DNA of 64,000 bases from Epiperipatus broadwayi (GCA_028023455.1 JAQFVV010000010.1:2976001-3040000); one strand, 5' to 3'; counted from the first letter of the stretch, positions 10,800 through 24,502 are shown. Made by a program: numbers and translations. Notes: generated by a model not told the origin, from the sequence alone.

Positions 10800-13700
10800 A
10801 TTTCCACAACATTTGTCAACTCCATGGCCTTTATATTTAAATCCCCCTTATCTTTTCCCAAACCCGAAAATCAAGAACCCACTTTCTGTATAATCACTGT
10901 TTATACTTATTCTCCTACAACTTCATTATTTGTACCCTTTCTGCTTGTAGGCAATTTACATTCAATTAACAAATGCCTAATATTTTCCTAGCCTTCCTTA
11001 CATAACTTGCAGACTAAATCAACCATATTTTTCCATTTATGTGCATATTCCCTTGTTGCTAAAGATCCTGTTGAACCTTAAACAGTAAACTACTTTCCTT
11101 GCTATTATCATAAATTAACTCACACCAATATTCTGTTTACTTCTATATATATTTAAACTCTTTTTACTCTCCATACTAGTTCTCCTCTCCAACTCCCTAT
11201 TCTTTATTAATGCATCTAATCTTCTATCCAATTCCTTGCCACTATAACAGTAAACAATTCTCCTAACACAATCATCCCACCCTTTGTATAAGTATACTGA
11301 CATAAATTCTTTATCCAAATCTTCTGCATACCATACTACCTTTCTCACCCATCTTGTTGCCTGCCCTTTACTCATAACCCAATTAAATACTATTTTGGCT
11401 ATTCTCTTATTATCCATAAATTGCAATCTACTGAACATTTTCATTTTGCTTTTTGCATCTCTCATATAAAAACTTGACCATTCCATTTCTCCTTGAATTG
11501 CCTCCTTTGCCATTCACACATCTGCATCTAATGCATGTCTTCCTACTTCTCTTTGTACTTTTTCTAAGTAATCTAACACCCTTTACTAACACATAATGCA
11601 TCATTACCATATTTTTAAGCCTGATACTGCCACTCCCTTCCATACAATTCTACCTACATCATATTTATTATATGAAAACACTGTTAATTTCTTTATCAGT
11701 CCCTTTCTTTCTTTGCTTCATTTATCAATTTTTTCTCCCATTCATCCAAGCAATTTCTCTGATTACTTAAGATGATTCCCAAATAGTTATACCTATTCAC
11801 CACATATATCTTTATATCCCCCAATAAAAATTCTTTCTCTTTTCTCAGTATTTATCATCATTACTTTTGATTTTTCTTCACTAAATTTAATCCCCATTCA
11901 CTTCACCCTTGTGCATGTCTTCAGCATAACTTCCATATCTTCCCTACTTTCTGTGCACAAGAAGATATCATCTGCAAATAAAAGACCCGATAATGTATAT
12001 ACTTCCTTGCCACCTATTAATGGTATCTCTACCCCTCTTCCTAGTCTTTCTATTGCTCTCTCCATTTCTCTCAAATACAACAAAAACAAAATAGGTGACA
12101 TAGGGCATCCTTGCCTTAGTCCTATTTCCTGATTCTATATTTTCTAATTGATACATATAGTAATTATTTTCATACAATCTCTTAATAAGATTCACTGAAG
12201 CTCCATCCATTCCCAAATTTAATAAACTTACCCATAATCTATTTCTATTTACTCTATTATATGTCTTCTATATATCTATAAAAACCATACATAACTGACC
12301 ATCTGTTTTCTACTCATATCTATGAGTTGTTTAACTACTATACACCTATCCAATTGAAAACCTCCTTGCATTTCTCCCACTATATTATTTTCTTCCATCC
12401 ATTTTGTGACCTTTCCAGTCATCATACATGTGAAAACTTTATATAACACTAATATTACCACTATCAGTCTATAATTGCTTAACTTTCTATGATCCTTACC
12501 CTTTTCTTTAAATAGTAGCCTTATTCTTGTATTATTCCAACTACCTGGAAATTCTGTCTTCTGTGCCATCTTATTAAAACACGATAATAAGTTTAATTTT
12601 CCCTATTTCCTAAATTCATCACCATCTCTGCTGCCCATCCATCTAAACCTCTTGCCTTTCCACTTTTCAATTTCTTCCCTGCCTCATTCAATTCATTTTC
12701 TGTAAACCTAATATTTCCATTACTATATGCTTTCATGTTTGTTATCACTCTGTCCTTCACATCTAACATCTTTTCTATATCCATTACATACTTATTTAAG
12801 ATTGTCTCTAATTCTTCTCTAGAGCTACACTCTATTCCCTCATCATCTAGTAATACTATTTCTCTCCCCCTCCCCTACATTCCTTCTTTTAATATATTTC
12901 CAAAATTTTTTACTCCCATCTCTTCCACTTTTATTAATATCCTCCAACAATTTACTATTTAATTTCATTCTCTCTATATAATTATCTATTTTAGCCAACT
13001 TCTTTTTTTTAAAAATATTTTTCCCATTTAACATTAACATCTTTTTCACTTTCTTTGTTCTTAATAGCACACTTATATTCTTTGCATGCTTTTTTTCCTC
13101 TCTTTTACACTTTTACTAACTCTCACTTTTCTATTACTTTTATTCTTCTGAATATTCTCACCTAAAACCCTATTTGCCACTTTTTCTACTTCACCACACC
13201 AGTCCTTATATTCATCCCCAACAAACTCTTCCATGATTTCTTCTACTTTTATTTTATATTCTTCTAACTTATTCTTATCATTCATTCTCCATCCACATCT
13301 TTCACTATCCTTTCTACTTTTATTACTATTTTCCATCACATTACTAACCATTTCTATTATAAAGAAATTATGATCACTATTACATACTCTCTCTTCATTA
13401 TCAAACACTTTAATTTTCCATACTTTATTCATTCCCTCTTTCTCTACTAATACATAATATATTGTGTGAAATATATTATTTCTAGACCATGTGTATTGTC
13501 CCTCATAAATATTTGATAAATTTCCAATGCTCAAATTCACTCTCTGACAAAAATTCTTCAAAAGCTGTCCATTCTTGTTATCTATATCATCAATTTCTTC
13601 AATATGCCCATTCATATCCCCTATAACCATTATTCTCTTCCCCTTTTTTTTGAAACTCTGTATATCCTTAACTAGGCATTCATATATGCTACTGTTCCAC

Positions 13701-14045
13701 TCCATTATAGTTTGACTATCTCCAGTGGCTATATATACTATAACCACCATCCATTCTTGTCTTCCTAACCTTATCTCAAACCACAAATGTTCTTGACACT
13801 TAACAGTATTTAAATATTTTTTGACATAACTCCTATACCACCACCCCTTTTTTCTTTTCTATTTATACTCTGCCATACCAAGTCTTCCAGTATAGGTTTC
13901 TTCTCTTAGATGTGTTTCCACTACTGCTAATACCTCAAGCTCTTCATTTTTAACTGCTTTGTTTAATTCCAGTCACTTTTCTGATCTCCTACCATCTTGC
14001 ATATTCAAATATCCAATTTTAACAATTTCTTCTTTCCTATATACT
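10800..14045 (-). pseudogene. LINE ORF2 remnant (APE endonuclease and reverse transcriptase)
   Basis: GYLNMQ, AVVETHL, GGGIG, MVIGDMNGH and SDHN (APE). LSNYRLI, GEMQGGF, SPILF and LFADD (RT). Split over ORFs 13073-13786, 12276-12569, 11898-12101 and 11115-11513. Confidence 0.9.
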
Positions 14046-14289
14046 CTTTTATAAATTCTTTTGACTCTTTTTTCTCCATTACATTTGTAAATAACTTGAT
14101 TACCATTAATTTTACAGACCCATTCCCTCTCCACATCTACATTTATATCTAAATCAGCTACCCTTTGTTTATTTCTTACATCCAGTCCATTCTTCTTCTT
14201 TCTGATAACACTGCAATTTAAAACCCCACCTCCCTTTATAAGTTTCCTGAACTATAATATTCTTTATAAATCAAACTCCCTAATACTTC

Positions 14290-15660
14290 ACTTCCTTGTT
14301 TTGCTAAGTGCAATCCATCTTTACTATATAACTCCCTCTTACTAATAAAAAAAATCCCACACATCCACAAACATAACATCATTTCTCTCACACAATTTTT
14401 TCAATCTCTCATTTATAGAACATGCCCTATCTAACATATATCTATTGTTAAATCTTGGTAATAATCCAACTATTCCTACTCTTCCTTTAATCTTACTCAA
14501 ATTACTAATCAATTCTATGTACTCATCCATTACTCTCTCCGATGGCTCTGACAAATTATTTGTCCCTACCATAACATACACATCTCTACTCCCTTGTTTC
14601 TTTACTTTATCTGTAACATCTCTAATTCCAGTTCTAGGCAAACATATTCTTACATACCTGTTTCTATTTTCCCTTGCAATTACATCTCCACATTCTCTAA
14701 TTAGTAAATCTCCTATCAATACTGTCTCATAGTTTACTTTCCCTACTTCATCTGTAACATTCTCTTCCACCTTCTGGACTTCCTTATCTACTTCTTTTAT
14801 CATTTCTATTCATTAATTCCTTAATCTGCTCACACTTCATCTCTAATGATTTTAATTTTGCTTCTATATTCTTTACCTCTTCCTCTATCTTACTTATTCT
14901 TTGGCTAACCATCTCCATTGCACTACTTATTTTGTCATCCATATCTCTTGTCACTCCACTAAAAACATACTCTATTCTATCTTCCTCAACTACATTTTGC
15001 TCCATTTCTCCTGACTTTCTCTTTAAACTATTTATACTTAGAAACCATTTTTTCACCTCTTTTATCACATTTACACCTGGTCTACATAATCATACATCTG
15101 TTACATCCTTTCTAGTCTTATTTAAGCATTTCAAATGATAAACCTTCTCACAGCATGCCTAATTCCTTTCTGACCATTATATATACATTATGGGATACAA
15201 ATGTAATCCATATTCCTTATTTTTCAAGTCATCTCTATATTTAACTTTTTGCTTTCTCTACTACTACTCTACAAACCCCTTTATACAAAAGGGAAAATTT
15301 TTTTATTTTCAATGGTGATCGATAGACATGTTTCCCAATCTTACTCCTCAAAACATTATCTTCTTTCTCAAATAAATCACTCTCTTTCTTAAATTAAAAA
15401 AATTATTTAGTAACAAACTTACTAAAAAAACCAACTAATCTTATATACAACTTAGTTTTAACGCTTCCGTACTATAACACACACAACAAAATTTATTTTT
15501 TTCCTTTTATATTTAAAATGACATAATGAAACACTTTCCAAACATTATCAATATTATTCCCTATCTTTCCAAATCCAATTAAATCTATCTGTCTTCCTCC
15601 AATTTTCTTTCCACCTCCACACAGTAGGCAGAAAATGTTTGTTGCAATGAATTCCCCCAG
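14290..15660 (-). pseudogene. LINE ORF1 remnant: PHD-like fingers, coiled coil and SGNH/GDSL esterase
   Basis: VLIGDLLIR (block I, Ser lost), VMVGTNNL (block III) and SKDGLHL (block V). CEK.YHLKC...LC at about 15150 and CLLC...WI at about 15600. Heptad-like ORF 14784-15068. Confidence 0.75.
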
Positions 15661-16140
15661 ATAATATTAAATATATATATAAACTTTAATTTATCTTGCA
15701 GAACAAATCAATCACATCAGCACAGCAAGGCAGTCAAAACTAGTGACACCTATTGTTTTATAATAGGAAAAAAATAGTAATAAATGGATAAAATAAATTA
15801 AAAAGTGAATAAAAATAAAATCATGATATAGCAATCCAAAGTGTTAGAAATTCTACAAAGGTTGAAATTAATTATATAACACAACAATTATAAAGCGATA
15901 AAATATATTTCATACAACAATATATACTATTTTATTATAAAATTTTCAATTCATTTTTAATTAGCTATTAATTAAATTTATTGAAGTTTTGTATATATTC
16001 AAATACTTAATTTTGCAATGCTTCATATAATTTGTTTTATAAAAATGTAATATAGAGAACATACCAATAGCTCAAACAGGCTCTTAATTGATAAGTGCGG
16101 TAAGAGAAAATATTTAAAATCTCTATCCAGAACATTCTTA

Positions 16141-16186
16141 TCTCCAGACCAATTGGTTTCGAACTTATGACTCACATCAGTGAGGA
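16141..16186 (-). ncRNA. Minimal type-I hammerhead ribozyme (family A)
   Basis: tcctca-CTGATGT-gagt cataa gttc-GAA-ACCAATTGGT-C-tggaga. Confidence 0.68.
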
Positions 16187-16289
16187 GCTAGAATATTCAG
16201 ACGCTAGATCTAAAATATCAACTCAAAACCCAGCACTTATTTCGTACGTAGTATTTGATATTTTAGATCTAGTGTCTGAATATTCTAGC

Positions 16290-16335
16290 TCCTCACTGAG
16301 GTGAGCTATAAGCTTGAAACCAATTGGTCTGGGAA
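16290..16335 (+). ncRNA. Minimal type-I hammerhead ribozyme (family A)
   Basis: tcctca-CTGAGGT-gagc tataa gctt-GAA-ACCAATTGGT-C-tgggaa. Confidence 0.68.
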
Positions 16336-17339
16336 CAAGAATGTTCTGGATAGAGATTTTAAATATTGTCTCATATTGCACTTATTAATTAAGAGCTTTT
16401 TTGAGCTATTGGTATGCTCTCTGTATTACATTTTTGTGAATACAAGTTTATAAAAGCAATATCACATTATATATGACTTGCTTTATTGATTATTATAATT
16501 TGTTTTATATATTTGTCATCTTTTCAAAACGTATTGTCCTAAAATTTATAATACATTAATAAAAAAATATAAATTATATTGATAACCAAATTAATATTAA
16601 ATGGGCAAATAGTAAAATTCTAGAAAAAATAATATGTACTTACAAAAGATGATATAAAATATGATAAAGTAATCATATTATTGTTACAATTGTAATATGG
16701 TTTAGTATGAACATACAGGGAAATAGTTACATGAAAGAGCCAAAAAACATAACTGCAATGAATAGAAGAAATAATAAATCTGTGTAATATATTCACTACT
16801 TAACATACAAACATAAAATAGATTCTACAGAAAATATTAAACCTTTACTTTACATTAACAATCCAAAAAGAAGATAAGTATATGAAACAAATTATATTAA
16901 GAAAAATAAAAATAATTGTATGAATATATAAAAAATTTCAATATATTTAATTAATAATTAGTCAATTAAAAATAAATGGAAAATTATATAAGGTAATAAT
17001 GTTTATATTGTGCTAAAACATAAAAAACGTGAAGTTATAATAATAAACAATATATAAAGACTAAGCGTTTTCAGGGGGTTCAAACGCATGGCCAGTAGAC
17101 CTTTAGTGCTCTAAAAATATCAAGTTATATTCAGAATTGATTTGGCAGAAATACTTTACATGAAGCAGAATGATGTAAAATGTAAGATAAAAGAGGCATT
17201 CTTTATAGCAGATGATGCCAACACTATCAATCGAAAGGAATCCTGCTTTTCCATTTCTAAAAAATGAGCCATTTAAATACATTGCATAAATTTGCATATA
17301 CTAAGTTCAGACAACATTTTACCAGCGCTTCCATCATAT

Positions 17340-17381
17340 GCTATGAATATGGTAACTAGATATTCCTGAAAGCGCTTAGGC
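17340..17381 (+). ncRNA. Degenerate Penelope-type hammerhead motif
   Basis: gct-ATGAATA-t-gg...cc-t-GAA-AGCGCT-T-aggc. Palindromic stem III is intact, with two core substitutions relative to CUGAAGA. Lies in sense orientation downstream of the GIY-YIG tail. Confidence 0.4.
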
Positions 17382-18238
17382 TTTATATTTTGTTTATTAT
17401 TATAGCTTCATATTTTCTGCATTTTAGCGTCATATAAACATTACTTTGTTATATGTGAAGTATAATCAATTATTTAATTACATAATAAGGTAGTATATAT
17501 TATATTCTGTCAAACATATTTTATTGCTTTATAATTGTTGTTATATAATTAATTTATTTCAACATTCATTTAATTTCTAGCAATCTGGATTGCTATAACA
17601 TAATTTTATTTTATCTATTTATTGCTACTTTTTTCTTTCTATTATACAGCAATAGGTGTCGCTATGTATGCAATAATATATTAATTGTTAAATAGGTAAT
17701 GTTTAACATTAAAAAAGACAAAATTATGTGATGAAAAAGGCTTTTTTATATAATAATATATATATACAATATATTAAAAATCATTGTTATAAATTGCAAT
17801 TTATATTATTTTATTAAAAATTAACATTATAAGAAATATATATTTCAATATAAATGATTTAATATGCTTTTTGAAGACTTTAGTATTATATGTAAAAGAA
17901 TTGTATTCCTTTTGGTTTTATATAAAAGAAAATTTTTTAAACTATATTCTTCTTGTAAGTAATTAGATTCCAAAATAAAAATGTGAGACAAATATTGGAG
18001 GAAAAAAACAAACAAAAAGAAAAATAAATTTAAGTATAAAATACCATATTGAAGTAAAAAATTATAATACAATAAAAAAAATGTAATGGAAGTTAATAAA
18101 AAATAAATGATGGTCAATTCATTTATATATCGACTAATAAAAATATATCATAAAGAAGAAAGAGATAATCAAAAAGCTTGTTCAATATTCATTTAAATTT
18201 GAATAAATTTCAAATTATAAAAAGTGTAAATCTCTTAC

Positions 18239-18303
18239 CTGGTAGACCAAATATCAATTTCTTCCTTCCCTCATACACTGTTGTTGCAAAAGTTGTTGGC
18301 AAT
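18239..18303 (-). CDS. GPHN: Gephyrin coding exon, 65 bp: LPTTFATTVYEGRKKLIFGLP(G)
   Basis: ttgcag acceptor and gtaaga donor. Contains the LPTTFAT...IF.LPG motif and completes KPG from the upstream exon. Confidence 0.95.
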
Positions 18304-20055
18304 CTGCAACAATAGGTATTTCTTAAAATTTTGTAACAATAAGTTTTCTACCTGATAATAACCTTCCATCAACTAAAAATATAACAACATTGGCAAAACT
18401 TGAATAAAATATATTTATATTCTATTTTCTAGTAACCATTAATTACTTAAATTTAGAAAAAATGCTGGAACTAACGAATATGTTGAATGTAAACAGAAAA
18501 AATCATGTATAGATGAATCAAGTAAAATCAATATACTTCATAGCACAATAGTGGACTAAGTTTGTAATTTCATATAAAACATTATAATAAGACTGAGTGA
18601 AATTGAAAATGCTTGCAAGATAATAAGACAAAATACCTCAAAGTGCATTGTCAAAATTTCAGCTCCTGTCTTTATGGAGAAGTTACTTTCTTTTCCTCCA
18701 TTTGTAAAATTTAGACAGATTAAAGTAAAACAGTACAACCTGAGAAGAGGTTGATTGCTCAAATAAGTTTCCTTTTAGCATCACATATTGTCATGTTCTC
18801 CAAAACAATTAAAACTTAATTAACTTGGTTGTAGAATTCAGCAAACAAAATATTGGCGTGACCAATTTATAGTGATAATGAAGAAGTGACCATTATGCTT
18901 TCAAAACTGTTCCTTTTATACTCATTTCTACAGTAACGTGATTTCAATTAGGGCAGTGAAAAGAAGGTGTGTTATTACAATTAACAGGAATCTAGAACAT
19001 TTGCACCGGGAATGATTTATACATAATTTAAATAAATACAGAAAAAAGTGATTTTAAGTGTTTTTTTAAAGAAAACATACAATTATTTGTTAATTAAAAC
19101 ATTTGAAACTAAAGTTACCTAACTTTGAAAAATAACTCTTTTATTTATTTATCTCTTTTTTTAATAGGAAATTAACAACAGATAAATTTATGATAGTTAG
19201 GCGTAACTTCTCAAAATCAGTGTTTGGGAAGATAGCAATCTTAATATTGACACATTCTTAAATAAATAAAAGGCAAATTATACAGCTGTAAATACATAAA
19301 ATAGAGCATTAAGTTACTCAATCAAATTAATAGAAATAATACCAGATCAACCATTAAGAATTATAATAAAAAAATTTTTTTTAGATACTAAATTGTACCT
19401 GTATTTATTTTCTATGCTAAATAAATGGTCATATATATATATATATTAAATATCAACAATAGTCACTCTTGCTTTCTAGAAAGCTGGTAATTTCTCCTCT
19501 TGTGCGTTTAATGTCACTTAAATTTTAATTTACAGCCCAATAGTGCTTCAACATACAAATATTGCAGGGGCCTTTTGTATTACTACCATTTTAGACTAAA
19601 AAATCATTTTCACATGCTTTTTTATAATTATGTATGGTCCTTCATAAAGAATTTTAAATTTCTTTAAAATGTGTTGTTCAGTTAGACTGACATCAGATAC
19701 TTTCACAATAATTTTATTACCTAACTTGAAAGAGCAAGAGAATTGATTTGATCTGTTTTCTTTTTTGACCTTGACTACACAATTGACTATAAGCCTTCTT
19801 TTGATCTGATATTACATCCAGTAGAGTTTTTCTGAAGTTTGGTGCAGCTTTCCCAAAATGAAATTGGATAGGATCAGATCCTAAAAAATCATGCCATGTT
19901 CAATCAATATAATTCATAACTTTTTTAATTGATTTACCCAACTATGATCATTTTTATGGACATATATTCTCAGTAATCTATCAGGTTCTCTTATAACCCT
20001 TTTACAAGGGGATAAAAGCCAACGTGTGTTTAATGTCTTTTTTAAATGACCATTG

Positions 20056-23000
20056 TGTAAAATATTAAAGAATGTTTAATCTTTAATTTTAAATAAATCA
20101 TTGAAAAGAAATGTTTTGCAATTAAATGTAGTTTTAAAAAAAACATGGGCGCATATATATATATTGATTAAATAAAACCGAGCTTACAAATCATCTTATA
20201 AGGAAGGGAATTCATAAATTTAAATTAATTATAAAACTTTGTAAATAAGGAAATAAATTCCTAAGAAAGTAATGAATTGTGTAATTAAAGATAAGGAATT
20301 ATTTGTATGATAACAAACTAATAATTCAAACTAATTAAACCCCAAGAATTTACTCCAGAAAAGATAAGAGAAACAAAGGAGATGATATAAAAAGCTAGAC
20401 AAAAAGGACTTATTGTCTTTTTCTATGGTTGCTGCTATTAGTAGTGTGTCCACAAGTTGAAGAGCAACAGATAATCATCAAATGATTTATTTTCCCAGGA
20501 TCTCAGCTCCTGTAGGTCACTAAGCCGATTAGTGTTCTGAACAGACTGTGCTAGTCTTATTATTATTTTGGAAACGCCTCAAGATGCTCATTGAGTGTCA
20601 TATATTAAGACCTATAGACGGTAGTGAAGATAAAGTTATTAATAGCTTTTCCTTAATTGTGTAAATAGTATTTGCAGGGAAATAATTAACCTGGGACTTA
20701 AGCTCTATAAATTTCAAATTGTATACTTGCATTAAAGATCAGTAGAGCAGTTATTTATTTTTCTTCCAAATTTATATATATATTACTATTGCTTAAAATA
20801 TTACTGTTATTTCGTTAAGTTCTTTTATGTGTATTTGTTTGCTGGTCACCCAGTCTTAGTTGGGGACACAGCAAATTATTGACACAGTCACATTTCAAAT
20901 CTAGGAAATAGAAAAGAGCTTAAGCCATTAGTAGTTCTGGTATTGGGTTTTTTAACTTAGGAAGAACAATTCACAATTATAGTATTAGGGACTTAGTCAT
21001 AAAGTTAAATTATTCAGTAATTAGTCATGCGTGTGATGGGACAGAATAGTATACCGGAATTCGAAGTTAGCAATGCATCTGAATGGCCATTGTATATTAT
21101 GCAACTACAGAACTTCTTTATATTGAATGGAATTGAAGATAATATAAGGAAAGTAGCTGGAATCATGCGCTTTGCAGGGATGAAAGTTATAGAAATCATA
21201 AATAGATTGTTTGACATACCTATTACTGAGACAGTAAAATATAAGGATTTAATAAATAAACTAAGTGATTATTTCAGCCCCTGTCTGTCATGGCACATAG
21301 CTTGTTTACCTTTGTGAAGAAGGAAGCAGCTAGAGGGTGAGAAAATTAAAGAGTATGATACAGCTCTTAAAGAATTGACCAAGAGTTTGTAAGTATGGTG
21401 ACCTCATGGATGAAATACTCATTGATCAGTTACTATGGGAAATGTCTTACGATAGGCTCTGAAAACAATTTCTTACCTAACCTGAGATTACATATGAGAT
21501 GGCCACTAAAAAAGGCATCACGTATGATTTAATACTGGAACAGGTTCAGGTGTTTTTAGCAGGAAAAGGGATGAAAAACCCTACATATGTGTTTAAAATA
21601 GAACATGAAAAATCCGTGCCACCGGAAGCGGAAATAAGTAACTTAACTAGATGTTTTTGTTATGGTAAAAGAGGCCACATATCAAAACAATGTATATGGC
21701 ATAAAGAATCATGTTTTAAATGTGGAAAAAAAAGCCATTTAGCATGTACTTGCAAATAAGAAAGTAACTGGAAAGGCAAAAGTAAATCGCCTTTGCAAGA
21801 AAATAGGGGAGGTTGCCATACAATTAAAACATGGGCACCCAAGTTCGAAATCAATTTATGATGAAGTTGCAATATTGTGACAAAGAACTGTTAAAGGAGA
21901 TAGATAGTGAGTCAGGTATTTCTCTGATGTCACTATCAGACTGGACATCATAGTCATCTGATAACGCAGAAAATAAATTGGGAAAAACAAACATTAGAGC
22001 ACATGATGTTAATTGAAATGCATTAAGAATAGCAGGTCGTGTGATAGCACGCATCTATACATTGTAAAAGGGAAGATTAACCCTATTTTGGGGAGGGAGT
22101 GGTTCCATGAATTAGGGATCCAAATTAAAATTACTAAAAAAATCCCTATTGATCGATAAACAGCATATAAAAAGCCAGTTTTCATTAATAAAGAGTTGCA
22201 AAAAGCAAAACCGTTCATCTATAAAACTAGTAAATGTCATTGCATTCAAAAAACGGAAGAAATGATAGATAGTGCTAACAAATGGCACTGTAACTGTAAA
22301 GGTGGGTTATATATTAAGCCACCTGCATTGGCAATAGGAATCATTTCAAAAAGAGATTACAGTGTTAAGAAAAGAACTAGAAACTTATAAATTGAGATCA
22401 AAATACGCACAAGAAAAAAATTATTGGTAAAATACTTGTAGCTGTCTTAAATAATGAAGAAAGACAAGACACAATGGAACCATCACCACAGATCAACAGT
22501 GAAGAGAAAAAACCAGAGTGCTGCGACATGGGAACTGGAACAATAGAACGGGAAATGGAGTCAACACCGAACTTGAGGGAATTAACAAGTGGATCGCTCA
22601 GACCAGATGTCAGATATGGAGACCAGACAGATTCAATGACTATATGTAAGCATAAACTTTTCAGGAGTAAGATGAAGAGGGTAAAATGTTAAAGAATGTT
22701 TAATCTTTAATTTTAAATAATAAATTGTTGAAAAGAAATGTTTTGCAATTAAACATAGTTTAAACAATTATGGATGCATATATATATATATTGATTAAAT
22801 AAAACCGAGCTTACAAATCATCTTATAAGGAAAGTAATTCATAAATTTTAATTAATTATAAAACATTGTAGATACTAAGAAAGTAATTAATTTTGTAATT
22901 AAAGATAAGCAATTATTTGTATGATAACAATTAAACATAGTTTAAACAAACATGGATGTATATATATATATATATATTGATTAAATAAAACCGAGCTTAC

Positions 23001-23639
23001 AAATCACCTTATAAGGAAAGTAATTCACAAATTTTAATTAATTATAAAACATTGTAGATACTAAGAAAGTAATTAATTGTGTAATTAAAGATAAGGAATT
23101 ATTTGAATGATAACAAACTAAAAATTCAAACTAATTAAACCCCAAGAATTTACTCCAGAAAAGATAAGAAAAACAAAGGAGATGATATAAAAAACTAGAC
23201 AAAAAGGACTGATTGCTTTTTTCTGTGGTTGCTGCTATTAGTAATGCATCCGTGAGTTGTTGAGCAGCAGATCATCATCAAAGAATTTCTTTTCCCAGGA
23301 ACTTGACTCCTGTAGGTCAATAAGCCGATTAGTGTTCTAAACTGACCATCCCGGTTATTATTTTGAAATGCCTCAAGAGGCTCATTGAAGGTCATATATT
23401 AAAGCCTGTAGATGGTAATTTAATTGTGTAAATAGTATTTGCTGGCAAATAATTAACCTGGGACTTAAGCTCTATCAATTACAAACTGTATACTCATGTT
23501 AAAGTCAGTAGAGCAGTTATTTATTTTTCTTCCAAATTTATATATAAATTACTATTGCTTAAAATATTACTGTTATTGCGCTGAGTTCTTTTATGTGTAT
23601 TTGTTCGCTTGTCACCCAGTCTTGGTTAGGGACACAGCA
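20056..23639 (+). mobile_element. Internally deleted Ty3/Gypsy LTR retrotransposon with 5-bp TSD CATTG
   Basis: LTRs at 20056-20873 and 22680-23639 (tgtaaaat...gacacagca; the first base of the 3' LTR is mutated). TSD at 20051-20055 and 23640-23644. Purine tract precedes the 3' LTR. gag remnants (FEVSNASEWPLYIMQLQNFFILNGI; double CCHC knuckle) and protease C-terminus; no RT/RNase H seen. Confidence 0.9.
22747..23110 (+). repeat. Tandem duplication of about 182 bp inside the 3' LTR only
   Basis: aattaaacatagtt...aataaaaccgagcttacaaatc... starts at about 22747 and again at about 22929; it is single-copy in the 5' LTR. Confidence 0.8.
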
Positions 23640-24502
23640 CATTGCCATTCCCCTCAGTTTATAACAGAAGACAGGTGTGAAACTATAATGAGATCTTCAA
23701 GATCTGTGCTATTAACTTTGCTTCAAATAAATAAGTTGAATGATTAATAAAATTTAAATAAAAATTTAATTCAAATATATAACAATATTGATAATAATTT
23801 ATAGTTTAAAAACACAAATACTACTAAAAGTATTTTACTTATTTTTCAGTTTCAATAAAAATAAAACTCAAAGGTGCCAAACTCCCAAAAAAGAAAGTTT
23901 GCTCTTGGAATACTTATAGAAGAAGAACATCATCAATTATTACCACCATCCCAGCATGTTCACCAATGGCTTGTATAATTTCTCAGGGCTGTGAATATTA
24001 ACTAATATAATATTTGTCTGAAGATTTGTGATGATGGTATATTATTAGATGTGATATGTTGGATTATTTCCATCATCTATGAGTGAATGTTGAATGTATA
24101 GAAAATTTTAAAACTTTATTTAAACTTTCCAAATACAAACAACTTGTTAGTAATAACACAAATAGACAACACAGCTAGGTATATTTTAACCCTCTATACC
24201 CATGTCATATGGTGCTGTAGCCTATGTATATATATATATATATATCAAACTACATGCCTTTAGACATATATATATATGATTAATAATTTTAGAATGACCA
24301 AATCATGCCCTCAAACAAATAACTAGTTAATAAATTACTTGAAAGCCATGATTATCTTTCTTGGCCATCCAAACTCTGGGGTAATATCATATATTTTAGA
24401 AATGCAAATTTACTATTATTTGGTCTAATATCTATCGCCAGATTAAACTTGTGACAACTTTTGTTTTTCAGGTGACAGTGTCAATAGAGAGCTCTACTGA
24501 AC

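Larger units (their letters stand above)
10700..15700 (-). mobile_element. Near full-length, decayed CR1/L2/RTEX-type LINE, about 5 kb
   Basis: ORF1 remnants with PHD-like Cys/His clusters, coiled coil and esterase. ORF2 remnants with APE, RT (LSPILFLLY, LLFADDI) and a C-terminal domain. Many stops and frameshifts. Confidence 0.9.
16035..16440. mobile_element. Family A hammerhead element as a fold-back (direct plus inverted truncated copy)
   Basis: Arms at about 16035-16220 and 16253-16440 are reverse complements and are homologous to 5150-5330. Confidence 0.8.
15741..17664 (+). mobile_element. 5'-truncated Penelope-like element: GIY-YIG C-terminus and 3' region, preceded by an inverted copy of the 3' region, with later insertions
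   Basis: KCKIKEAFFIADDANTINRKESCFSISKK at about 17175-17265 resembles the Penelope GIY-YIG tail. The right arm (about 17365-17664) pairs with about 16980-17075 and about 15741-15960. Confidence 0.6.
19490..23730 (-). mobile_element. Older Gypsy integrase and 3' fragment (about 19490-20050 plus 23645-23730), split by a younger Gypsy insertion
   Basis: Minus-strand KFKILYEGPYIII and integrase-core-like residues continue across the CATTG target site. Confidence 0.5.

Noticed and set aside
18637-18739. AG...GT-bounded 103-bp open segment upstream of the LPTTFAT exon
   Set aside because: It is not a multiple of 3, would frameshift gephyrin, and has no similarity to gephyrin cassettes that I can recognise.
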